Assembly: GCA_963708185.1 (NCBI GenBank)
Contig: OY970195.1
Coordinates: 288,001 to 352,000, forward strand
Direction of reading: 5' to 3'
Source: Candidatus Peregrinibacteria bacterium
GTDB taxonomy: Bacteria; Patescibacteriota; Gracilibacteria; UBA1369
DNA: 64,000 nucleotides
This document shows positions 39,232-52,763 of this stretch, piece after piece (the first letter of the stretch is position 1; every line of letters starts with the position of its first letter). The notes beneath the pieces are model-generated. The model ran no database searches. It was not told where the DNA came from and saw only the letters and a list, made by a program, of their open reading frames with translations. A program made the position numbers and the translations under genes.

Positions 39232-40638
39232 CTAGATTTTGATAGTGGAAATCACTTTTTCCGAAGTACTGGCGTTGCTGATGATGACGATCTTATCGTC
39301 TTTTTTTACGAGCCGGTGTTTCAGGAGGATTTTTTTGATGTCCGGAACGAAATGTTTGAAATTGATGTCGTGGACGATGATCTCTTTGATTCCCCATACC
39401 AGTGAAAGCTGACTTTTGACTTTTTCGTCGGGAGTGATGGTGACGATGGGGATGTATGTCCTGTGTTTTGCAACGTGCTGCGCGGTGAATCCCGACTGGG
39501 TAATGGTGACGATGAGTTTCGCGCCGATGTTCATGGCGAGCTTGGTGCCGTTCATACAGGTGGCGTAGGACACTGGCGTGTTTTCGAGGAAGAGGCGGTT
39601 GGGCTGGAAATCTTTGTGTTTTTTCAGGAATCCTTCCACCGATGTCGCAGCTCTGGCGAGGGTTTTCACCGCTTCGATCGGATATTTGCCGACGGCGGAT
39701 TCGTTGGAGAGCATCACTGCATCGGAGTGGTCGAAGACGGCGTTGGCGGCGTCGCTCATTTCGGCGCGCGTCGGACGGGGGTTTGTCACCATCGACTGAA
39801 GAATCTGCGTCGCGGTGATGACGGGTTTTCCGTGAATGTTGGAAAGACGGATCATTCTTTTCTGCACGAGGGGGACCTGTTCGGCTGGGATTTCCACACC
39901 GAGGTCTCCGCGAGCCACCATGACGCCGTCGGTTTCGATAATGATGCTTTCGAGGTTGTCCACGGCTTCGTGCCTTTCGATTTTGGCGATGATTTTGGCG
40001 CGCCCTTTTTTGCGCCGGATGAGTTCACGCATCTCGATGATGTTTTTTGCGGACTTCACGAAAGACATCGCCACGTAATCAACGTCGTTCTTGAGGGCGA
40101 AAAACAGATCCTTCTTGTCTTTTTCGGTAATGGGGTTCGCGCTGATGGAAGCGGTCGGGACGTTGATGCCTTTATGGCTGAAGATGGTTCCTCCGTTGAT
40201 GACCCTGCAGGTTATGTCCGTCGGAGTCACTTTGAGAACTTCCATTTCATACAGTCCGTCGTCCATCAGGATATGGTCGTTTTTTTTGACGTCCTTCGGG
40301 AGGTCCTTGTATTGGACCGGGATGATGTTGTCGTGACCGGTAATTTTTTTCGTCGTCAGGACGATGGTTTGTCCTTTTTTGATGGTGATGCCTTTTTCGG
40401 GCATTTCGCCCACGCGTATTTTCGGTCCCTGAAGGTCCTGCATGATGGCGACAGGAACGCCGAGTTTTTTTGAAATCCGGCGGATGTTGCGGATGAGTTT
40501 CGCGAATTCGGCATAGTCCCCGTGCGAAAAATTAAGCCGGGCCACGTTCATGCCGGCTTTGATCATTTTTGCGATCATTTGTTCGCTTTCGCAGGCAGGC
40601 CCCATGGTGCAGACGATTTTTGTGTTTCTTTGATTCAT
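39232..40638 (-). CDS. pyk: Pyruvate kinase
   Basis: TKIVCTMGP, RLNFSHG, DLQGPKIR, AKIE and MVARGDLG. Confidence 0.98.
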   Translation of the reverse strand: MNQRNTKIVCTMGPACESEQMIAKMIKAGMNVARLNFSHGDYAEFAKLIRNIRRISKKLGVPVAIMQDLQGPKIRVGEMPEKGITIKKGQTIVLTTKKITGHDNIIPVQYKDLPKDVKKNDHILMDDGLYEMEVLKVTPTDITCRVINGGTIFSHKGINVPTASISANPITEKDKKDLFFALKNDVDYVAMSFVKSAKNIIEMRELIRRKKGRAKIIAKIERHEAVDNLESIIIETDGVMVARGDLGVEIPAEQVPLVQKRMIRLSNIHGKPVITATQILQSMVTNPRPTRAEMSDAANAVFDHSDAVMLSNESAVGKYPIEAVKTLARAATSVEGFLKKHKDFQPNRLFLENTPVSYATCMNGTKLAMNIGAKLIVTITQSGFTAQHVAKHRTYIPIVTITPDEKVKSQLSLVWGIKEIIVHDINFKHFVPDIKKILLKHRLVKKDDKIVIISNASTSEKVISTIKI

Positions 40639-40648
40639 TGAAAGTATT

Positions 40649-40897
40649 CTATCCTACTGTGAGGTTTTGGAAAATGTCCAGTTTGGCGTTGGCAGAAGTT
40701 ACCGTCTGTTTCGCCTTTTCTTTGTAGCCGTTACTGACGTCTTCGCCGGAAGAAGGGAGAGCTTCTTTCTGCGTTTCGGGAGACTGAGGAGGAGCTTCCT
40801 GCGTTTTTTCCACGGGAGGTGGCTGGGTCTGCTGTTCAGGGTTCGGTTTGGCCTGTTGCTGGAAGATCAATCTGTTTTCTTTGAAAATGTTCATCAT
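40649..40897 (-). CDS. Small hypothetical protein (82 aa), Q/P/E-rich
   Basis: ATGA overlap with the upstream gene; N-terminal FKENRLIFQQQAKP motif. Confidence 0.7.
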   Translation of the reverse strand: MMNIFKENRLIFQQQAKPNPEQQTQPPPVEKTQEAPPQSPETQKEALPSSGEDVSNGYKEKAKQTVTSANAKLDIFQNLTVG

Positions 40898-41223
40898 GGC
40901 GTTAACGTTTTAATGTCGTTTTCGAGTGTTTCCATCACTGCCTGTTCACGCTGGGTGTAGATTTCCTCAAGTTTTTTTCGTGTGGCGGTGCCACTGTGTT
41001 CGATTTCGCTTTTGAGCTGAGACAGGGCCTGATCAAGTAACTGTTTCTGTTCGTCAAAAATTTTTTTACGTCCTTCCACATCCGTTTCCGGGACCGTTTT
41101 CAGTTTCTCGTTCGTTATTGCCGCGACTTCGTCGCAACGTTTGTTGAACGCGGCTTGAAGTTTAACGAGATAGTCCCGCTGCACGTTGATGGTCTGCGTG
41201 TACATTTCGTCGTTTGTTGGCAT
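40894..41223 (-). CDS. Hypothetical helical protein (109 aa)
   Basis: Heptad-like helical composition; tight operon spacing. Confidence 0.78.
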   Translation of the reverse strand: MPTNDEMYTQTINVQRDYLVKLQAAFNKRCDEVAAITNEKLKTVPETDVEGRKKIFDEQKQLLDQALSQLKSEIEHSGTATRKKLEEIYTQREQAVMETLENDIKTLTP

Positions 41224-41228
41224 ATCGG

Positions 41229-41732
41229 TCAGGTGGTTATTTTTTTTATTTTCTTTGACGTCGCGGCGCGAATGTCTTCCTGCTCTTTAATTGCCGCTTT
41301 GCTGCGTTCGACGAGTTCGAGTATCTCTTCGACGTTTTTTTGCATGGCGATGATTTTCTCCACTTTTTCTTTCATCTGCCGGAGTTTTTCCGGACTGTAC
41401 GATTGATAGTTTTTCGCCAGGATCAGTTCCTGCTGGTCCCTGAAGTTTTTCATGTCGCGGAGGGGACCCGCGCGGAAGTTGTTCTTAAGGTTTTCCAGTT
41501 CTTCCTCCGTCATTTTTTGTATTTTTATTTTGATGACTTTTACCACGCTTTCAAAATCGAACGGTTCCGCGGGATCATTGTATTCGCTCAATGGAGAGAT
41601 CATTCCGTCGGCGATAAACCAGTTTTTGTCGCTTTTCAGGAGTTTTACTTCCAACGAATAAACGAGGTCTTCGATTTTCAATCCCCCGAGCGTAAGTTTT
41701 TGTGATCCTTCCTTTGGGGCTTTTCCGGCCAT
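41229..41732 (-). CDS. Hypothetical protein (167 aa) with coiled-coil C-terminus
   Basis: First gene after an extended -10 promoter; K/E-rich. Confidence 0.78.
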   Translation of the reverse strand: MAGKAPKEGSQKLTLGGLKIEDLVYSLEVKLLKSDKNWFIADGMISPLSEYNDPAEPFDFESVVKVIKIKIQKMTEEELENLKNNFRAGPLRDMKNFRDQQELILAKNYQSYSPEKLRQMKEKVEKIIAMQKNVEEILELVERSKAAIKEQEDIRAATSKKIKKITT

Positions 41733-41756
41733 ATGCTGTTTTTATGGTTTCTTTTA

Positions 41757-41785
41757 ATTATAACATAAAACAACCCTTTTAGAAA
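41757..41785 (-). promoter_or_regulatory. Extended -10 promoter for the three small genes and pyk
   Basis: Minus strand TTTCTA-17 nt-TATAAT with TGn. Confidence 0.55.
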
Positions 41786-41811
41786 GGCTGACCGGAAATG
41801 TTCAATGGAGT

Positions 41812-43581
41812 TTATTTTACGGTGACGCTTTTGGCCAGATTTCTCGGCATGTCAGGGTTGTTCTGGCGTAAAACGGCAAGGTGGTACGCAAGGAGCTGGA
41901 TGGGAATGATGTTGACGATGGGGGAGGCGATCCCGGCATCAGGGACTTTGATCCAGTAATCGAAAATGTCGTCGTTTTCAGGTGAGACGCCGATAATGAA
42001 CCCGCCGCGTGCCTTGACTTCACGGGCGTTGTTGAGGATGTCGGTGCGGGTGTCGTCGTTGGAAACGAGGACGATGCAGGGAGTGCCTTCACTGATTAAT
42101 GCGATGGGACCATGCTTGAGTTCTCCTCCGGCAAACCCTTCGGCGTGGATATAGGAAACTTCCTGGAGCTTGATGGCGGCTTCGAGAGCGATAGCATAAT
42201 TGACGGCTTTGCCTATGACGTACATGCTTTCATAATGTTGAATTTTTTCGGCAAGTTCGTGGATGTGTTCATCGTAACGGGGATTGAGCATGTCGTTGAT
42301 TTTTCCGGCGGTGTCGATGAGAAGCGTTTTTCCTTCCTGGAGTTTTCCCGCGCAAGCATAGGCCAGCAACGTCAGAATAGCCATTTGCGAGGTCGTCGCT
42401 TTGGTTGAAGCGACGGCCTTTTCCGGCCCTGCCTTGATGTGCAGGGAGTAGTCGGATTCACGGTCCATGGTGGATCCTTCGACGTTGACGATGGAAAGGA
42501 CCTTGGATTTTTTCTTTTTGGCGACCTCGATGGCTTCGAGAGTGTCTGCGGTTTCTCCGCTTTGTGAAACGGCGATGACGAGACTTTTTTCCTTCAGGAA
42601 GTCCTGGTGGCTGGGGAATTCGGACCCGACCACGACGTTGACGTGACGTTTGGCCACTTTTGCGAAAATATATTCTGTCGCCAGACAGACTTTTCCCGCG
42701 GTTCCACAGCCGATCAAGAAGGTTCCGTACGCTTTCTTGATCTCGTCGGCGATTTTCTCGATCTCGGCGTCATTCTGGTTGATGGCACGATAGATGCTGT
42801 CTTTCTGTTCCATGATTTCCTTGATCATGAAATGCGCGAAATTCCCCTTTTCGGCGGATTCGGCCTTCCAGTTGATTTCAACGACGCGTTTTTCAATCAG
42901 TTTGCCGGTTGAAATGTCGAAGAAGTGCGTGCCGTTGTTGATGACGACGAGCTGGTTGTCGTCCAGGTACATCACGTCGCGGGTGTAGTCCAGAAATGCC
43001 GGTATGTCCGATGCGACGAAATATTCGTTTTTACCGATTCCCACGATCAGAGGAGAACCTCTGCGGGCAGCGATGATCTTGCGGTCTCCGGCCTTCATGG
43101 CCAGGACGGCGTAGCGTCCTTCGAGCCTTTGCATGGCTTTCTTTGCGGCCTCTTCGAAGTCCATGGTCTTGCAGTATTCGGTGATGAGGTGCGTGATGAC
43201 TTCGGAATCGGTCTGGGATTTGAAGACGTAGCCTTTGCCCTGGAGTTCCTTTTTGAGCTCCTCAAAGTTTTCGATAATGCCGTTATGGACAATGGCGATC
43301 GTGGAGTCGGCGTTCATGTGGGGATGGGCGTTCGCGACCGTCACGCCGCCGTGGGTCGCCCAGCGGGAATGACCCAACGCCATGCTGCTCTTGGGGAATT
43401 TCGTTTTGGTGGCGTCGTAATCGCTGATTTTTCCGATCTGACGGTGAATTCCGAGTCGGTTACCTTCGTCATAGGCGACCCCCCAGGAATCGTAGCCCCG
43501 GTATTCCAGGCGTTTGAGTCCTTCAATCACAAACTCGGCGGCGTTTTTCCTTTGGCCTAAATAAGCAAAAATTCCGCACAT
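41812..43581 (-). CDS. glmS: Glutamine--fructose-6-phosphate aminotransferase
   Basis: True start MCGIF at 43581; LEYRGYDS, GHSRWATHG, SQSGETADT and PRNLAKSVTV. Confidence 0.98.
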   Translation of the reverse strand: MCGIFAYLGQRKNAAEFVIEGLKRLEYRGYDSWGVAYDEGNRLGIHRQIGKISDYDATKTKFPKSSMALGHSRWATHGGVTVANAHPHMNADSTIAIVHNGIIENFEELKKELQGKGYVFKSQTDSEVITHLITEYCKTMDFEEAAKKAMQRLEGRYAVLAMKAGDRKIIAARRGSPLIVGIGKNEYFVASDIPAFLDYTRDVMYLDDNQLVVINNGTHFFDISTGKLIEKRVVEINWKAESAEKGNFAHFMIKEIMEQKDSIYRAINQNDAEIEKIADEIKKAYGTFLIGCGTAGKVCLATEYIFAKVAKRHVNVVVGSEFPSHQDFLKEKSLVIAVSQSGETADTLEAIEVAKKKKSKVLSIVNVEGSTMDRESDYSLHIKAGPEKAVASTKATTSQMAILTLLAYACAGKLQEGKTLLIDTAGKINDMLNPRYDEHIHELAEKIQHYESMYVIGKAVNYAIALEAAIKLQEVSYIHAEGFAGGELKHGPIALISEGTPCIVLVSNDDTRTDILNNAREVKARGGFIIGVSPENDDIFDYWIKVPDAGIASPIVNIIPIQLLAYHLAVLRQNNPDMPRNLAKSVTVK

Positions 43582-43583
43582 GG

Positions 43584-44918
43584 CTATTCGGTGATAAGTT
43601 TCATGGAATGTGGATTGTGAAAGATGTGGGTTCCGATAACATCTTTCAGTTCGCTTCTTTTTTTCAGGTGGATTGTCCAATGAATGCCGCGTTCAACCTC
43701 CAGGAGCCCGCAGATCTTTTCATGATTTTTCAGAGTGTTGAAAATGCTTTTCCCAACGTAATTGTCGTATTCCATGGCGATGACGTTGGAACCTTTTGCA
43801 GTGGGGTCGGGAGTTTTTTTGCGCCCTTCCGTCTTGCTGTAGCTGTAGGCCCGTTTGTTGATGAATACCGTCGGAATTTCCTTGTTGAGGTTGAGGATTT
43901 CGCCGCTCTCGATGAGATCGACTGCCGTCTGTTTCAGATTTTTTTTGTCCTTTACGCGGAAACCAAGATAAATCTGGCGATAGAGGGAGATATCCTTGTA
44001 TCCCATGGTTTTCAGAGTGTTTTCAAGCGTCCGTTCTTCGTTGTCGGTGATGATGAGCCTGACGAGGATTCCGATGTCCGGCCCCCGCTTCACTTTTTCC
44101 ACGGCTTCAAGCGGGTTGGCTTTGTAGGTTTTTTCGGCCGGGGCTTTGACCGATTTATGAATTCTGTTCTTGCTTGAGCTCTTCAGGAATGAAGCCAGAG
44201 AATCAAAAATGGCCTGCCCCTTGATCGTGCGTTCAGGGTGCGGCATCAGTGACATGACGTTGCCTTCGGGGTTGCAGACGCCGGCCAGGTTGTACATGGC
44301 GCCGTTCGGGTTTACCGGGAATTCGTCGATGAATTTCCCGTTTTTATCGCAGTAACGGAACAGCGCCTGGTCGTTTGCTATGAGTTTTTTGAGGATGGTT
44401 TTGTCTTTGCTCGTAAAACGCCCTTCGCCGTGCGCGACGGGAATCTGCATGATCGTTTTGGGGCTGAAGCGGTTGAAAACGCTTCTGCCCTGCTTGGCGT
44501 CATGCCGGATGTAGACCCAATCGTTGTAGAATCCCACGCCCAGGATTTTTCCTTTTCTGATGCGTTCGTTCCAGGCCAGGGCCATTTCAAGGTGCTCGGG
44601 TCGGAGTCCCGGGATCATGCCCGTTTCAACAAGAATCTGTGCTCCATTGCAGATTCCAAGGACAGGTTTGCCTTTCTGGGCTTCCTTGCGGATCGGTTCC
44701 ATGATGGGATCTTTCGAAGCGATAATTCCGGAACGTCCACGGTCTTCATAGGAAAAACCGCCGGGAATAATAAAAGCGTCGTAACTGCCGAGTTTCTTGG
44801 AGTGGTCGTTCCAACGAACAAGATCCGCTTCCATATGCGATCTTCTGACTGCTCGCAGCGCTTCGAGTTCGCAGTTGCTTCCGGGGAAGAGGATGACGGC
44901 TACTTTTGGAGATTTCAT
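43584..44918 (-). CDS. purQ: FGAM synthase glutaminase subunit PurQ with a C-terminal PurS-like extension
   Basis: FPGSNC, PGGFSYED, GICNGAQIL, AHGEGRF, NPNGA and MPHPER, plus about 200 extra C-terminal residues. Confidence 0.92.
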   Translation of the reverse strand: MKSPKVAVILFPGSNCELEALRAVRRSHMEADLVRWNDHSKKLGSYDAFIIPGGFSYEDRGRSGIIASKDPIMEPIRKEAQKGKPVLGICNGAQILVETGMIPGLRPEHLEMALAWNERIRKGKILGVGFYNDWVYIRHDAKQGRSVFNRFSPKTIMQIPVAHGEGRFTSKDKTILKKLIANDQALFRYCDKNGKFIDEFPVNPNGAMYNLAGVCNPEGNVMSLMPHPERTIKGQAIFDSLASFLKSSSKNRIHKSVKAPAEKTYKANPLEAVEKVKRGPDIGILVRLIITDNEERTLENTLKTMGYKDISLYRQIYLGFRVKDKKNLKQTAVDLIESGEILNLNKEIPTVFINKRAYSYSKTEGRKKTPDPTAKGSNVIAMEYDNYVGKSIFNTLKNHEKICGLLEVERGIHWTIHLKKRSELKDVIGTHIFHNPHSMKLITE

Positions 44919-44921
44919 CAC

Positions 44922-46022
44922 TTAGTGAATAGGGAAGATAGAGTCCTTCAATTGCTTAGGAATTTTTGTGAGGTTCACGACGTTCTGACGCTTTACTAAT
45001 ACCATATCTTCGATCCGAACGCCAAAGGAATTGTCCAGATAAATGCCGGGTTCGGACGTGACGACGGTGCCTTCGGGGATGGGCTTGTCATATCCTACAG
45101 AAAGCGTTGGAGCTTCGTGGACTTCAAGCCCGATGCCGTGCCCCAGGCTGTGGCCGAACGTTTCTCCGTATCCGGCTTCGGTGATGACGTCTCTTGCCCA
45201 TTTGTCCGCAATGTTGCCTTTTACTCCTGCCTTGAGTTTTTGGATAGCCGTTTCCTGGGCTTTGAGGACGGTGTTGTAGATTTTTGCCTCGAAAACCGTC
45301 GGTTTTTTGGTGAAAATCATACGGGTCATGTCCGAACAGTAACCTTTGTACATCATACCCATGTCAATAAGGACAATATCGCCTTTTTTGAGTTTCCGGC
45401 TTGAGTTCTGGTGGTGCGGACTGGCGCTGTTTTGTTGGAAACCGACGATCGGCGGAAAGGAGATGGTATCGGCCCCGAACTCATGACCGAGCCGTTCGAT
45501 TTCCCAGGCGACCTGGAGTTCCGTTTTTCCGGGCTTAAGGTTTTTTCGGACTTCGACGAACACTTTTTCGGCGATGCGTTGTGCTTTGGTCAGCAGTTTT
45601 ATCTCTTCGGGCGACTTGATGACGCGGAGTTTTTCCACGATGCCGCTTGCTTCTTTGAGTCTGCATTTTCTGAGGTGTTTTTTAAGGACTGAATGTTTAA
45701 AATAACTGACGTTTTTTTCTTCGAAACCCACGGTTGCGGTTTTTTCTCTGTCGATCAGTTCCTGCAACGAAGCGATGAATCCCGTTTTCATTTCAACGAG
45801 CTTTACGGTCGGAGGCAGGATTTTTTTCGCGACGGCGGTGTAGCGAAAATCCGTGATGAAATAGGCTTTTTTGGCGGTGATGAAAAGCTGGCCGTTGGTA
45901 CCGGTGAAGTGGCTGAGGTAGCGGACGTTGAAACCGTCCGTCACCAAGAAGGCATCAAGTTTTTGTTTCTTCTGTTCACGCTGGGCATTCTTGATGCGTG
46001 CGGAAATTTCCGATGTTTTCAC
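44922..46022 (-). CDS. pepP: Xaa-Pro aminopeptidase (M24B)
   Basis: TDFRY, LIDMG..YCSDMTR, HSLGHGIGLEVHE, EPGIY and GVRIED; GTG start. Confidence 0.93.
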   Translation of the reverse strand: MKTSEISARIKNAQREQKKQKLDAFLVTDGFNVRYLSHFTGTNGQLFITAKKAYFITDFRYTAVAKKILPPTVKLVEMKTGFIASLQELIDREKTATVGFEEKNVSYFKHSVLKKHLRKCRLKEASGIVEKLRVIKSPEEIKLLTKAQRIAEKVFVEVRKNLKPGKTELQVAWEIERLGHEFGADTISFPPIVGFQQNSASPHHQNSSRKLKKGDIVLIDMGMMYKGYCSDMTRMIFTKKPTVFEAKIYNTVLKAQETAIQKLKAGVKGNIADKWARDVITEAGYGETFGHSLGHGIGLEVHEAPTLSVGYDKPIPEGTVVTSEPGIYLDNSFGVRIEDMVLVKRQNVVNLTKIPKQLKDSIFPIH

Positions 46023-46023
46023 G

Positions 46024-46599
46024 TTAGTTGTTCTTTAGAAAGTAGGTGACGATCTCTTCCGTCGTGGTGACGGATTCGGGCATTTTTTTGAGAATTTTGG
46101 CGACTTCAAATCTCTGGTAACCGAGTCCGACCAACGCTTCGATGGCTTCCTCATTGGTTTCTTCGCTTTCGGCCAGATTTCCGTGGAGGCGCATTGAATC
46201 GACCCAGTCGAGTTTGTTCTTCAGCTCGACAATGATTCTTTCGGCGGTTTTTTTGCCGATGCCGGGGATTTTGCTCAGGTAGAGAATGTTGTTGCTCAAG
46301 ATGGCGGCCTTGGTCTTCTGGATGTCCTGTGAAAGAATTTCCAGCGCGATTTTCGGCCCCACGCCGTTGACGTTGATCATGGTTTTGAAAAATTCGAGTT
46401 CTTCGACGGTGAGAAAACCGTAGAGACTGATATCATCCTCACGGACCTTGGTGTAAGTATAGAGTTCGAGCATTTTCCCATCCGAGGATTTTTCAAGCAG
46501 AGGGGTCGGAATGTTCACGATATACCCGACGTTTCCGGTATTGACGATGATGCTTTTCGGAAGTTTTTTCTGGATGGTTCCCTGGAGATATCCGATCAT
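46024..46599 (-). CDS. ruvA: Holliday junction branch migration protein
   Basis: MIGYLQG, VREDDISLYGF, GVGPKIAL and PGIGKKTAERI. Confidence 0.97.
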   Translation of the reverse strand: MIGYLQGTIQKKLPKSIIVNTGNVGYIVNIPTPLLEKSSDGKMLELYTYTKVREDDISLYGFLTVEELEFFKTMINVNGVGPKIALEILSQDIQKTKAAILSNNILYLSKIPGIGKKTAERIIVELKNKLDWVDSMRLHGNLAESEETNEEAIEALVGLGYQRFEVAKILKKMPESVTTTEEIVTYFLKNN

Positions 46600-46608
46600 A
46601 AAAGATTG

Positions 46609-52217
<5,609 letters not shown>

Positions 52218-52236
52218 GTTTCTTTTGTTGTAAAAC

Positions 52237-52271
52237 AAAAACCCTCCGCAAGTGTATTGGGAGGGGTTTTT
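52237..52271. terminator. Bidirectional rho-independent terminator
   Basis: AAAAACCCTCC...GGAGGGGTTTTT between convergent genes. Confidence 0.75.
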
Positions 52272-52296
52272 GGAGAGCTTTGCGGGCCGCAGACAA

Positions 52297-52659
52297 CTAT
52301 TTTTTCTTGGCGGTTGTCTTCTTGGCCGTGGTTTTTTTCTTGGTGGTTTTTTTTGTTGATTCTTCGCTTGCTGATTCCGGGTTTTCGACAGCCTTCACTT
52401 TCTTTTCTTTCATTTCCTGCATCTTCTTTACCTTGGCGCGGAATTTATCGACGCGGCCTGCGGTATCGATGATCTTCTGTTTGCCGGTGAAGAACGGATG
52501 GGAATCGGAAGTAATTTCAACTTTGACCACGTTGTATTCTGTGTCACCGACCTTTTTGGTTTCCTGGGTCTTGCGGGTGGTGAAAGAGATGAATTCAGCA
52601 CCGGTTGAAAGATCAACGAACAGTGCCGGGTAGATCTTAGGATGAATGTCTTTTTTCAT
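52297..52659 (-). CDS. rpmE: 50S ribosomal protein L31 (Cys-free type) with Lys-rich tail
   Basis: MKKDIHP, ITSDSHPFFTGKQ and DTAGRVDKF. Confidence 0.97.
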   Translation of the reverse strand: MKKDIHPKIYPALFVDLSTGAEFISFTTRKTQETKKVGDTEYNVVKVEITSDSHPFFTGKQKIIDTAGRVDKFRAKVKKMQEMKEKKVKAVENPESASEESTKKTTKKKTTAKKTTAKKK

Positions 52660-52707
52660 GGCTTGTAGAAGTGATATTTAGATGCTTTTTGACAAAAATG
52701 CCATTGA

Positions 52708-52736
52708 ACTATACAAGAAATTTTTTTTTAAGGCAA
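52708..52736 (-). promoter_or_regulatory. Promoter for rpmE
   Basis: Minus strand TTGCCT-17 nt-TATAGT. Confidence 0.55.
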
Positions 52737-52763
52737 GGTAAAGCGCAGGCAAGGCTTCAAGCA

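Noticed and set aside
41812-43680. N-terminally extended GlmS
   Set aside because: The catalytic Cys must be at the N-terminus, so the start is MCGIF at 43581; the extension overlaps purQ.
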